Shown here one piece after another: positions 30,263 through 39,418 of a stretch of DNA of 64,000 nt. Where the stretch lies: positions 13,149-77,148 of the forward strand of contig JANWJL010000034.1 in assembly GCA_025451885.1 (NCBI GenBank), written 5' to 3'. The notes beneath the pieces are model-generated. The model worked only from the letters and a program-made list of their open reading frames with translations, was not told where the DNA came from and made no database searches. Both the position numbers and the translations under genes were made by a program. Numbering within the stretch: the first letter of the stretch is position 1; every line of letters starts with the position of its first letter. The DNA comes from Candidatus Microgenomates bacterium (GTDB taxonomy: Bacteria; Patescibacteriota; Microgenomatia; UBA1406; GWC2-37-13).

Positions 30263-31126
30263 ATGAAACCTCTTGTCTCTGTTGTAATCCCAACCTTTAA
30301 CTGTGAAGGGATCATGAAGGACTGTCTTGAATCTGTCAAAAAGCAAACGTATAAGCCGGTAGAAATTATCGTAGTGGACAGTTTTAGTACTGATAACACC
30401 GCTAAAATCGCTGCCAAGTACGGCAAGGTCTATTCATTTGGTAAGGATCCCAAAGATTTAAACACGTATGCCGCGCCTTTTCAGCGTAATTATGGTGGGA
30501 AGAAGGCGAAAGGAAAATATATTTACTGGATAGACTCTGATATGCGCCTGACTCCAAGACTCGTTGCATCTGCGATCAAAGCACTTGAAAAAAATAATGC
30601 AGATGCGGTAATCGTGCCGGAGGTCTCTTATGGAGAGTCGTTTTGGGCAAACTGCAGGGCTCTTGAGAAAGCCTGCTATAACAGGAGCGATCGCTCATAT
30701 ACCGATGCGGCAAGAGTAATCAAAAAAACCGTTTGGGACAAACTAAAGGGGCTCAATGCCCATCTCGGATCCACTGACGATTATGATTTTCAAACAAGGC
30801 TTGATGCAAAAGGTTATAAAACCATCAAAATAAAACAATACGTAAGACACTATGAGGGAAGACTTACTCTTATGAAGCAGATTAAGAAAAAGTTTATCTA
30901 TGGAAAAACTGCTTTAGGATATTTTAAAAAATATCAGGCGCGAGGTCGAAAACTTGCCGGTCAGTATTCCAGACCGGAATTTCTTCAACATCACGATCTA
31001 CTTATTAAGGATCCCTTGCATGCTGTCGGCATGATAATAATGAAATTTGTTGAATACGCAGCAGGTTTTACAGGTCTTGTATATGCCATGATTGTCCCTC
31101 AGAAAATTCAACTGCGTGAATCATGA
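30263..31126 (+). CDS. family 2 glycosyltransferase
   Basis: 'VSVVIPTFNCEG', 'IIVVDSFSTDNT', 'YWIDSDMRL'. Confidence 0.75.
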   Translation: MKPLVSVVIPTFNCEGIMKDCLESVKKQTYKPVEIIVVDSFSTDNTAKIAAKYGKVYSFGKDPKDLNTYAAPFQRNYGGKKAKGKYIYWIDSDMRLTPRLVASAIKALEKNNADAVIVPEVSYGESFWANCRALEKACYNRSDRSYTDAARVIKKTVWDKLKGLNAHLGSTDDYDFQTRLDAKGYKTIKIKQYVRHYEGRLTLMKQIKKKFIYGKTALGYFKKYQARGRKLAGQYSRPEFLQHHDLLIKDPLHAVGMIIMKFVEYAAGFTGLVYAMIVPQKIQLRES

Positions 31127-32148
31127 AGAACTATAAATTTAGCGTGCTCCTTCCAACCTATAACGGAGCTGATATAGTAAAAACCGCAATAGACAGCGTT
31201 CTCAAGCAGGATTATCAAAATTTTGAAATTATAGTCAGTGATGATAACTCTAAGGATGAGACGATAAAGGTCGTCAGGTCATATAAGGATAAAAGAATTA
31301 AGGTTTTTATAAATAAAAAAAATCTAGGGGTATGTGGAAATCTGAATCAATGTCTTAAGTATGCGAAAGGCGATATTATCTATCCACTCGGACAGGATGA
31401 TTTTCTTTCAAAAGATGCTCTTTCAAGCACTAATCGTGCATTTAACATTTCACCGGAGATTGGTGGAGTGACACGACCTTATAGGTGGTATGACCCGCAT
31501 ACCAAAACCACAATCCGAAGAAGAGATCCATTAAATCCGAATAAGGATGAAGTTGTCTATATAACTGACTCGTTGGATAGGGTAAAGGCAGTTTTCAAGA
31601 ATCTTGATTCTCTCACTGCACTTGGATACCGAAGGAAATTTATGAAACGCCCATTTCACAAAGATATTTTTCCGACGATTGCTGATCCGTTTGCGGCTAT
31701 TTTCAAAAAACACCCGGTCGTCTTCCTTCATAATTATGTCTCTTCAGTTACACAGGAGAAAAGTCAAACTTGGATTGTTTCGTCAATCTATGAGAAGTCT
31801 CCTGTTTTAAGTTGGGCCCAGATGTTTGACCGCATCTTTCCCGAAAAAAAATTTGAGAAAGTGCGCGAATACTGTAAAAAAAACTTTGTAGCTGCAAATT
31901 ACGTGGGTCTCGCTCAAATAAGAAATTACTCCAAGCGCCCATACTGGTATACAGTACGTGAAATTTATTATCTTGCCAAGATAAATTCTTATAATCTACT
32001 AAAACCAAAGTTTTGGATCTTTTCGCTAGGCGCTCTCATCACGCCTAGGTTTATCCTTATTCCGGTCGCTGAATTCTATAAACGAACTATTGGCAAAGCG
32101 CTTTACAAAAATGTTAGATTTAAGACCGCTGTCAATCTAGGAAAATGA
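31123..32148 (+). CDS. family 2 glycosyltransferase
   Basis: 'FSVLLPTYNGAD', 'IIVSDDNSKDET', 'PLGQDDFL'. ATGA overlap with the upstream GT2. Confidence 0.75.
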   Translation: MKNYKFSVLLPTYNGADIVKTAIDSVLKQDYQNFEIIVSDDNSKDETIKVVRSYKDKRIKVFINKKNLGVCGNLNQCLKYAKGDIIYPLGQDDFLSKDALSSTNRAFNISPEIGGVTRPYRWYDPHTKTTIRRRDPLNPNKDEVVYITDSLDRVKAVFKNLDSLTALGYRRKFMKRPFHKDIFPTIADPFAAIFKKHPVVFLHNYVSSVTQEKSQTWIVSSIYEKSPVLSWAQMFDRIFPEKKFEKVREYCKKNFVAANYVGLAQIRNYSKRPYWYTVREIYYLAKINSYNLLKPKFWIFSLGALITPRFILIPVAEFYKRTIGKALYKNVRFKTAVNLGK

Positions 32149-33014
32149 AAATCCGCTGCTATATCTGCAATTCCTCCAATATCGTTAAATCGTTTGTATC
32201 GAGCAATATACACGGTCCGTATATTTTTGATGAAAAAGATACGTTTCAGATATACAGATGTAAGAGATGTGAAAATGTATTTATAGGTAATATAAAAATC
32301 GACTCAAATTATTACAAGAAATATTACCGAGACGATTACTATGTGGTAGATCTCGGAAGTAGGTTTAGGAACAGCGTGGTTAAAGTTTTTGATTACGTAT
32401 CTTTTAGATTTAAAAATTGGATGATATCGTCAAGAATAGATAAATCAAGAAAAAATTCAATTCTTGATATAGGTTGTGGTCCTGGGAACTTTTTAGATAG
32501 ATTTAGTAATAAAGAATTTGAGAAGTGGGGCGTGGAGATAAATAAGAAAGGTGCTAAAGAAGCACGAAAAAAAGGCATAAGGGTCTTTGACGACGACATT
32601 TTGAAGTTTAATCTTAATAAAAAGTTTGATGTTATTACCATGTGGCACGTATTGGAGCACATTAATAATCCGGATCAGGTAATCAAAAAGGTCCGTAAAA
32701 TGCTTAATAACAGGGGATTGTTTATCTGCGCTGTTCCAAACTCAGACTCTCTAGGCTTCAAACTTGGGAAAAAATATTGGTACCACTTGGATTCCCCGCG
32801 ACATTTATTTATACCGAATAAAAAAAACTTAAAATATCTTTTTAAGAAAAACAAACTAAAGATTGAAAAGATTAAATATGAATTTTACGATTACCCACTT
32901 GATCTTTTTTATTCTTTGAAAAATTCCTATATGAAGTTTGTCTTGTATCCACTCTATCCCTTTATTAAACCTTTTAATCCGGAAACTTTAACAATTATCG
33001 CAAGAAAGAAATGA
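32145..33014 (+). CDS. class I SAM-dependent methyltransferase with N-terminal Cys4 zinc-ribbon
   Basis: 'CYICNSS...CKRCENVF', SAM motif I 'ILDIGCGPGNFL', 'FDVITMWHVLEHI'. Confidence 0.75.
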   Translation: MKIRCYICNSSNIVKSFVSSNIHGPYIFDEKDTFQIYRCKRCENVFIGNIKIDSNYYKKYYRDDYYVVDLGSRFRNSVVKVFDYVSFRFKNWMISSRIDKSRKNSILDIGCGPGNFLDRFSNKEFEKWGVEINKKGAKEARKKGIRVFDDDILKFNLNKKFDVITMWHVLEHINNPDQVIKKVRKMLNNRGLFICAVPNSDSLGFKLGKKYWYHLDSPRHLFIPNKKNLKYLFKKNKLKIEKIKYEFYDYPLDLFYSLKNSYMKFVLYPLYPFIKPFNPETLTIIARKK

Positions 33015-34000
33015 AAGGACTGGTAACCATTGTTATTCTCAACTACAACGGCAAAGAATATTTAAAAGATTGTGTCGCTTCAATTAAGGGACAAACGTAT
33101 AAAAAGATCCAAATGCTGGTAACTGATAATAATTCCACAGATGGCAGTATCGAGTACCTTAAAAAAATTTCTGATGTAAGGATTCTGAAACACAAAAAGA
33201 ATTATGGATACGCAAAAGCAAATAATTTGGGTGCAAAAGCAGCGAGAGGCGAGTTTTTATTTTTTTTAAACAACGATACGAAACTTTACAACAACTGTAT
33301 TGAGAAATTAGTCAAAAATTATCGTGAGGGAACCATAGTTGCGCCAGCCCAGATTCGCTCATGGGATCCGAATAAGTATGGTCATGCAGGGTGGGGGATG
33401 GACATTTTTGGATATCCATTTGGAATAGAAAACCAAAAGAAAGCGCGCGTTTTTTTTGCTGACGGCTCCGGAATTTTTATCAAAAGAGAAGATTTCATAA
33501 AAATCGGCATGTTTGATGACGAGCTGTTTATATTTCAGGAAGATATAGATCTCTCTTGGAGAGCTCAGATCATGGGATATAGAGTAGTGACAAATTACGA
33601 TGCTAAGTATTTTCATTACGGAGGTGCTACGGTATCCGGGAACAGAACTAAAAAAGACAGTTATGAAACCAGTAAGTTCAGAAGGTTTTTAAACGAAAAA
33701 AATGTTTTGAGAAATCTTTTGAAAAACTATAGTCTTCTATTTTTGATAGTACTATTTCCTCTACTTTTAACCCTGCACGCAGTAGAGATCGTAGTATTGG
33801 TTTTAACCGGTCGAACTGATCTTGCCAAATGGTATTTTGACTCATATAGATGGAACATAGATCACATCAAAAGCACATTAAAGTTTCGGAAAAAAATTCA
33901 AAAAAAACGGACTGTTTCAGATTTAGTCATAATAACCAGACTTTATCCTGTTTATTCAAAGCTATATGCATTTATTAAACTGGGATTTCCCGAAACCTAA
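33011..34000 (+). CDS. family 2 glycosyltransferase (rhamnosyltransferase-like) with C-terminal hydrophobic segment
   Basis: 'VTIVILNYNGKEYL', 'LVTDNNSTDGS', 'FFLNNDTKL', 'FQEDIDLSWR'. Confidence 0.75.
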   Translation: MKGLVTIVILNYNGKEYLKDCVASIKGQTYKKIQMLVTDNNSTDGSIEYLKKISDVRILKHKKNYGYAKANNLGAKAARGEFLFFLNNDTKLYNNCIEKLVKNYREGTIVAPAQIRSWDPNKYGHAGWGMDIFGYPFGIENQKKARVFFADGSGIFIKREDFIKIGMFDDELFIFQEDIDLSWRAQIMGYRVVTNYDAKYFHYGGATVSGNRTKKDSYETSKFRRFLNEKNVLRNLLKNYSLLFLIVLFPLLLTLHAVEIVVLVLTGRTDLAKWYFDSYRWNIDHIKSTLKFRKKIQKKRTVSDLVIITRLYPVYSKLYAFIKLGFPET

Positions 34001-34024
34001 CAAATATACAACTCTTAAGCGTGC

Positions 34025-34033
34025 TGATATAAT
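34025..34033 (+). promoter_or_regulatory. extended -10 promoter element TGATATAAT, 8 nt upstream of ATG 34042
   Basis: Read directly: gcTGATATAATatagcgctATG. Confidence 0.5.
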
Positions 34034-34041
34034 ATAGCGCT

Positions 34042-35076
34042 ATGCGAAAATCTTTCTTTAAGAATAAAAGAATATTAATAACCGGTGGAACCGGAAGTAT
34101 AGGCGTAAAGATTCTAGACAAATTACTTAGGTTTTCTCCAAAAGAGATAAGGATCTTTAGCCGAAACGAATATAAACAATACCAACTGCGGTATAAGTAC
34201 TCGAACGAAGACCGGATTAGATATATTTTGGGTGATGTACGTGATCGAGATTCTGTGAACAATGCTACGAAAGGGGTAGATATGATATTTCACAGCTCAG
34301 CTTTGAAGCATGTTCCCTTTTCAGAAGAAATGGTAGAAGAGTTTGTAAAAACAAATATTTTGGGCAGCATGAATGTAATGAGGGCTGCTTTAAAACATGA
34401 GGTGCCCAAAACGATATCCATAAGCACTGACAAAGTTGTAGACCCTGCAAACCTCATGGGCTTAACTAAGGCTGTTCAGGAAAAAATTTTCTCCTCGCAT
34501 TCACTCCAAAGAAAAAAGAGTAAAAAAATGTCTTTTATAAATGTGCGGTTTGGAAATGTTACGGGCACTCAGGGAAGTCTATTTCCAATAATTTATCATC
34601 AGATCGTCACAAAAAAACCGATAACCGTAACTCATCCAGATATGACACGCTTTTTTATATCCTCTGACGAAGCGATTGATTTAATTTTATGGGCGACATT
34701 GAAAGGAAATAATGGTGAGACAATCATAAAAAAGATGAAGGCGACTACAGTAACGCGGGTAGCAGACCTTTTTTTATCTGTGCTCGGCATTAAAAAGAGT
34801 TACCCGGTTAAGTTCACCGGAGTCAGAGCGGGAGAAAAACTTCATGAATCGCTCATAACTGAAGATAATCTTTTCCGCACAAAAGAGAAAAGTGGATATT
34901 ATATCGTACGACCCTATACTTCAGGGGAAAGCGTCGTTCTTTCAAAAAGAAGACCGAAATTTAAACTTGAACAATTTTGGTCAGGCAATCCTGATAATTT
35001 TTTGACTGACACGGAAATAAAAAGATACATCAAAAACTACCTGACCGAACACAAACTTAAAAATATCATTATTTAA
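34042..35076 (+). CDS. UDP-sugar 4,6-dehydratase, PseB/FlaA1/CapD-like
   Basis: 'ILITGGTGSIG', 'FHSSALKHVPFSE' (catalytic Lys context of PseB-type enzymes), 'ISTDKVVDPANLMGLTKA', 'RFGNVTGTQGS'. Confidence 0.75.
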   Translation: MRKSFFKNKRILITGGTGSIGVKILDKLLRFSPKEIRIFSRNEYKQYQLRYKYSNEDRIRYILGDVRDRDSVNNATKGVDMIFHSSALKHVPFSEEMVEEFVKTNILGSMNVMRAALKHEVPKTISISTDKVVDPANLMGLTKAVQEKIFSSHSLQRKKSKKMSFINVRFGNVTGTQGSLFPIIYHQIVTKKPITVTHPDMTRFFISSDEAIDLILWATLKGNNGETIIKKMKATTVTRVADLFLSVLGIKKSYPVKFTGVRAGEKLHESLITEDNLFRTKEKSGYYIVRPYTSGESVVLSKRRPKFKLEQFWSGNPDNFLTDTEIKRYIKNYLTEHKLKNIII

Positions 35077-35078
35077 GC

Positions 35079-36209
35079 ATGGTAGATTTTTCAAAGCCTT
35101 CCATCTCTAAAAAAGAGATAAAAGAAGTAGAAAAAGTCATCAAGACAGGATGGATAACCACAGGGAATGTCACTCAGCAATTTGCCAATCGAATTAGAAA
35201 GTATGTCGGAGCCAAATACTGTCTCCCGGTCAGCTCATGTACTGCGGCTTTACATCTTGCACTTCTAACAGCCGGGGTAAAAGAAGGCGATGAGATCATA
35301 ACAACGCCTTATACTTTCGTTGCAACGGTAAATACGATTCTGTATCTGCGCGCAAAACCTGTCTTTGTTGATATAAAACAGAACGACTTTATTTTGGATG
35401 AGGATCAAATTGAGAAAAAAATTACAAAAAAAACAAGGGCTGTCGTAGTGGTCCACTATGCAGGTTTTTCGGCAGATTTGGCCAAGATTCGACGAATATG
35501 TAAAAAACATAATTTGAAACTTATTGAGGATGCCGCTCACTCTTTTGGCACTAAGTATAAAAATGAGCTTATAGGAAAAAATAGTGAGTTTTGCTGTTAT
35601 AGTTTTTATCCAACAAAAAACATAACAACCGCTGAAGGGGGAGCTCTTGTAACAAATAATAAAAAGGTTTTTGAAAAAGCAAGAGTTTTAGCCCTTCATG
35701 GTATTACACATCAAGCATGGAAAAGATATAAAAAAGAAGGAAGCTGGAAATATGACGTGGCTGATCTGGGCTTTAAATATAATCTAACTGATATCAATTC
35801 AGCTCTTGGACTGGCGCAGTTAGACAGAATCTCTTACTTTTTTAAGCATCGAGAAAAGCTCTACAGAATTTATAAAAAAGGACTGTCTAAAATAAATAAC
35901 TTGGAAATACTATCTGGAAATCAGCACTCAAAGCCCTTCAGACATTTATTTATGGTCAAAATTAAATCTAAAAAAGTATCCAGAAATCAATTCATACAGA
36001 AAATGAAACGAAAGGGGATTGTCTGCAGTATGCACTTTATACCGGTGTACAGATTTAGTTATTACAAAAAAAATATGAATATCAAAAAAAAGCATTTTCC
36101 GAATTCGGAGAACGCTTATAAAGAAGCCGTTTCCATTCCCTTTGGTTCTGATATAACATCTAAGGAAGCAGAATATGTCGTGGAAAAAATCAAACAAATT
36201 TTAAAATGA
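35079..36209 (+). CDS. DegT/DnrJ/EryC1/StrS-family PLP-dependent sugar aminotransferase
   Basis: 'VHYAGFSADL', 'EDAAHSFG', PLP-lysine context 'SFYPTKNITTAEGGAL'; typical length of 376 aa. Confidence 0.85.
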   Translation: MVDFSKPSISKKEIKEVEKVIKTGWITTGNVTQQFANRIRKYVGAKYCLPVSSCTAALHLALLTAGVKEGDEIITTPYTFVATVNTILYLRAKPVFVDIKQNDFILDEDQIEKKITKKTRAVVVVHYAGFSADLAKIRRICKKHNLKLIEDAAHSFGTKYKNELIGKNSEFCCYSFYPTKNITTAEGGALVTNNKKVFEKARVLALHGITHQAWKRYKKEGSWKYDVADLGFKYNLTDINSALGLAQLDRISYFFKHREKLYRIYKKGLSKINNLEILSGNQHSKPFRHLFMVKIKSKKVSRNQFIQKMKRKGIVCSMHFIPVYRFSYYKKNMNIKKKHFPNSENAYKEAVSIPFGSDITSKEAEYVVEKIKQILK

Positions 36210-36967
36210 AAAAAATACTGCTTTATGCAAATCACGAGAATGGCTACAATATTACGAAACACCTTATTAATCGTAAGGATGCAAATATAGTCTTATTGGT
36301 CGTACTAAGTGATACTAAAAATCAGTGGTGGAAATCCGTCAAACAACTTGCACATAAAAATAAACTTAATTATTTAGTTTATAAAAACGAAGACCAAATT
36401 GTTAAAAAACTTAAAAATCAGAAAGTTGATATTTTAATTTCGGCAAACTGGAGAAGTAAAATATCAGATGAGCTGCTTGCGATTCCTAAGATTGGAGCCG
36501 TAAATTTTCACAACAGCCTCCTTCCCAAATATAGAGGTGCTTATGCAAATGCGTGGGCAATTGAAAAGGGTGAAAAAGAAACCGGGACCACTCTACACTG
36601 GATGACAAAGAATTTTGATGACGGAAAGATAATTGCTCAAAAGAAAGTTCCCATTTACCCTGCAGATACCGCGAGGGAAGTTTGGGAGAGAATCAATCAA
36701 GCATCTTTAGATTTATTTAAGAAATACTGGCCAAAAATAAACAGTTGGAAAAGAATTTCAAAAAAACAAAGCGGGAGATCGTCCTATTTCAGTAAAAAAG
36801 ACTATTCTACAAGCAACGAAATAAAATTAAATCGAAAAGTAACAGCAATAAAATTAATCAATAAAATTAGAGCGAGGACTTTTTCACCATATTACCAGGA
36901 TTCTTACATAAAAGATCCGAAAACCGGGAAAAAAATATTTTTGTCAGTAAATCTTAAGCAAGAATGA
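36206..36967 (+). CDS. formyltransferase-fold enzyme, probable sugar N-formyltransferase
   Basis: 'NFHNSLLPKYRGAYANAW' (Asn/His of the N10-formyl-THF site) and 'TLHWMTKNFDDGKII' (Asp). ATGA overlap with the aminotransferase. Too short and wrongly placed to be the tRNA-Met formyltransferase. Confidence 0.7.
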   Translation: MKKILLYANHENGYNITKHLINRKDANIVLLVVLSDTKNQWWKSVKQLAHKNKLNYLVYKNEDQIVKKLKNQKVDILISANWRSKISDELLAIPKIGAVNFHNSLLPKYRGAYANAWAIEKGEKETGTTLHWMTKNFDDGKIIAQKKVPIYPADTAREVWERINQASLDLFKKYWPKINSWKRISKKQSGRSSYFSKKDYSTSNEIKLNRKVTAIKLINKIRARTFSPYYQDSYIKDPKTGKKIFLSVNLKQE

Positions 36968-38121
36968 AAAGAACGGTAATACATTTGCTCTGCCACACCT
37001 TAATAAATGATAAAGATCTCAAATACTACGTCTTTGGCGGATTTGGAGCGCGTCAGATTAGAGGAGTCAGAAAATATATTAAAGAATTTAATTATGAGGT
37101 CTGGTATGCCGTTGCCGGCTTAAAACAAAAAAAACTTTTTAAAAAGGAGGGAATTATCTATAAACTCTTTCCTGCTCAAACATTTAATAAAACCCTAGAA
37201 TCTTATCTCCCCATAATAAGTAGTCCGCTCCTTTTTGCGGAGTTGTTAAAGTACGACCCAAAAAGAACTCTAATCCATTTTCAAGGAGAAAGGGGGACTC
37301 TTCTGCATTATTTGCTGTTTAAATATTCTCAGTATCCGGTCGTACTTCAATACCATGGATATGGGCAACCCCGTCGGCTAGATTGGCTGGAATGGATGTT
37401 TATTCTACCTTTTGAAAGAATAAACTTTCCTAAAATTAAGCATTTTTTTGTTCCAATTAAACCAAGGGTCAGATACCTGACAGATTCTGTTCAGATTAGG
37501 CGAAACAAAATAAGTACAGAAAACATTGGAATCGATTTTGATTTATTCAAACCTTCTGATCAAAATATCGCCAGAAAAAAACTAGATTTACCAAATAATT
37601 CATTCGTACTGTTGTATGTGGGACATTTGATGAAATCTAAGGGAGCTGACAAAATTTTCGAAGCATATCAAGCACTTAAGAAAAAGTATCGTAAGTTATT
37701 CTTACTTGTGGTTGGATCTTTGGAAAATGATCCTCTTTATCCGAAACTCTTACCGATTGCAGACCGCGTAGTGCATTTTGTCAGCAATACTCAGATGCCT
37801 GATTACCTTAATGCCGCGGATGTACTTTGCTTTTACGGAAACGAAAAAAACATTCGGTTTGCAGGTCCGGGGATAGCCCCCACTGAGGCTCTTGCCTGTA
37901 ATACGAATGTAATTTCTACTAATCTGTATCATTTTGAGTCAAAGATAGTAAATAAAATTGGGTTTATACCAAAAAGCTATCAAGATCTTTCTAAAAAAAT
38001 TGAGTTTCTGATAAACCATCCAAGGTACAAGATCGATACCAGAAGGATTATTGCTCCATACGTCTCTTTTAAGGGAATATCGTCTGCAATAAAAAAAGTC
38101 TATGATGCAAGCTTGACTTAG
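36964..38121 (+). CDS. GT-B fold glycosyltransferase (GT4-like)
   Basis: C-terminal half 'VLLYVGHLMKSKGADKI', 'FYGNEKNIRFAGPGIAPTEALAC' (E-x7-E-like). ATGA overlap with the upstream gene. Confidence 0.6.
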   Translation: MKRTVIHLLCHTLINDKDLKYYVFGGFGARQIRGVRKYIKEFNYEVWYAVAGLKQKKLFKKEGIIYKLFPAQTFNKTLESYLPIISSPLLFAELLKYDPKRTLIHFQGERGTLLHYLLFKYSQYPVVLQYHGYGQPRRLDWLEWMFILPFERINFPKIKHFFVPIKPRVRYLTDSVQIRRNKISTENIGIDFDLFKPSDQNIARKKLDLPNNSFVLLYVGHLMKSKGADKIFEAYQALKKKYRKLFLLVVGSLENDPLYPKLLPIADRVVHFVSNTQMPDYLNAADVLCFYGNEKNIRFAGPGIAPTEALACNTNVISTNLYHFESKIVNKIGFIPKSYQDLSKKIEFLINHPRYKIDTRRIIAPYVSFKGISSAIKKVYDASLT

Positions 38122-38134
38122 ACTGTTGTTACTT

Positions 38135-38140
38135 TATAAT
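38135..38140 (+). promoter_or_regulatory. -10 box TATAAT upstream of C-methyltransferase paralogue 2 (27-nt leader)
   Basis: Read directly: actTTATAATtgg. Confidence 0.3.
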
Positions 38141-38167
38141 TGGAGACTGTCATAGGTTAAAGGGTAC

Positions 38168-39418
38168 ATGAAATTTAACTACACAATTAAACGAAATGAA
38201 AAGTGCCGTGTATGTAAAGCTGGACAAATAGAAAAAGTTCTAGACTTTGGTCCGACTCCTCTTGCCAATGCTTTTTTATCAAAGGAAGAAGTAAATAAAG
38301 AAGAATACTTTTATCCTCTTCAGGTTTTTTTCTGTAAGAAGTGTACGATGCTCCAACTCGGACATGCTGTTTCATCAAAACTTTTGTTTGATGACTATGT
38401 ATATGTATCGTCGACATCTCCCGTATTCATACAACATTTTGTAGATTTTGCCCTGCAGGTTGCGACACAGTTTAACGTAAAGAAAAACTCTCTTGTCATT
38501 GATCTCGGCAGTAATGACGGAATACTTCTTCATCCCTTTAAGAAAATTGGGTATCGGGTCCTTGGCATTGAACCGGCATCCAACATTGCAAAGATCGCTC
38601 GTAAAAAAGGGGTCGATACGGTTGATGAGTTTTTTAATATTCCTCTCGCAAAGAAATTAAAAAGAAAAAAGGGTAAAGCAGAAATAATAACTGCGACAAA
38701 TGTTTTCGCCCATATTGACGACCTTGATGAAGTAATAAGAGGCGTCAAGATATTGCTCGATAGAAATGGAGCTTTTATTATCGAGGCGCCTTATCTGATA
38801 GATTTCATTGAAAAAAGATATTTCGATCTTGTATACCACGAACATATGTCTTACTGGTCCATCCGGTCACTGCAGACATTATTTAAAAGATTTGGAATGA
38901 CGATCTTTGATGTTCAGAAAGTACCGGTTCACGGCGGATCGGTAAGAGTATTTGTAAAACATAAATCCGGTAAGCAAAAAGTGCAAAAAAGCGTCTTACA
39001 GTTTCTCAAACAAGAAAAGAAGATACGACTTCACAAAAAGGAAACGTATGTAAAGTACGATAAGAAAATTTTACAAAACCGCGTGAGCCTTCTGGATCTT
39101 CTGACCCGTTTAAAACTAAAAGGCAAAAAAATAATAGGATATGGTGCACCGGCAAAAGGGAACACATTGCTCAATTATTTTAAAATTGGCCCGGATATAC
39201 TTGACTACATCGTTGATGACAGCGTTTTTAAGCAAGGCCTCTTTACTCCGGGAACACATATTCCGGTTGTTTCACCGCAAACTTTGAAAAAAGATAAAGT
39301 CAACTACATCTTAATTCTGGCATGGAATTTTGCGGATCCGATTATGAAAAACTATTCTTGGTTTAAAAAAAGAGGGGGCAAATTTATAGTACCAGTTCCT
39401 ATTCCAAAAATAATCTGA
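38168..39418 (+). CDS. NDP-sugar C-methyltransferase (TylCIII-type), paralogue 2
   Basis: 'CRVCKAGQ...CKKCTMLQL', 'LVIDLGSNDG', 'HEHMSYW', 'IIGYGAPAKGN...[10 protein letters not shown]'. Collinear with 19215..20480; roughly half the residues look identical by eye. Confidence 0.7.
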   Translation: MKFNYTIKRNEKCRVCKAGQIEKVLDFGPTPLANAFLSKEEVNKEEYFYPLQVFFCKKCTMLQLGHAVSSKLLFDDYVYVSSTSPVFIQHFVDFALQVATQFNVKKNSLVIDLGSNDGILLHPFKKIGYRVLGIEPASNIAKIARKKGVDTVDEFFNIPLAKKLKRKKGKAEIITATNVFAHIDDLDEVIRGVKILLDRNGAFIIEAPYLIDFIEKRYFDLVYHEHMSYWSIRSLQTLFKRFGMTIFDVQKVPVHGGSVRVFVKHKSGKQKVQKSVLQFLKQEKKIRLHKKETYVKYDKKILQNRVSLLDLLTRLKLKGKKIIGYGAPAKGNTLLNYFKIGPDILDYIVDDSVFKQGLFTPGTHIPVVSPQTLKKDKVNYILILAWNFADPIMKNYSWFKKRGGKFIVPVPIPKII

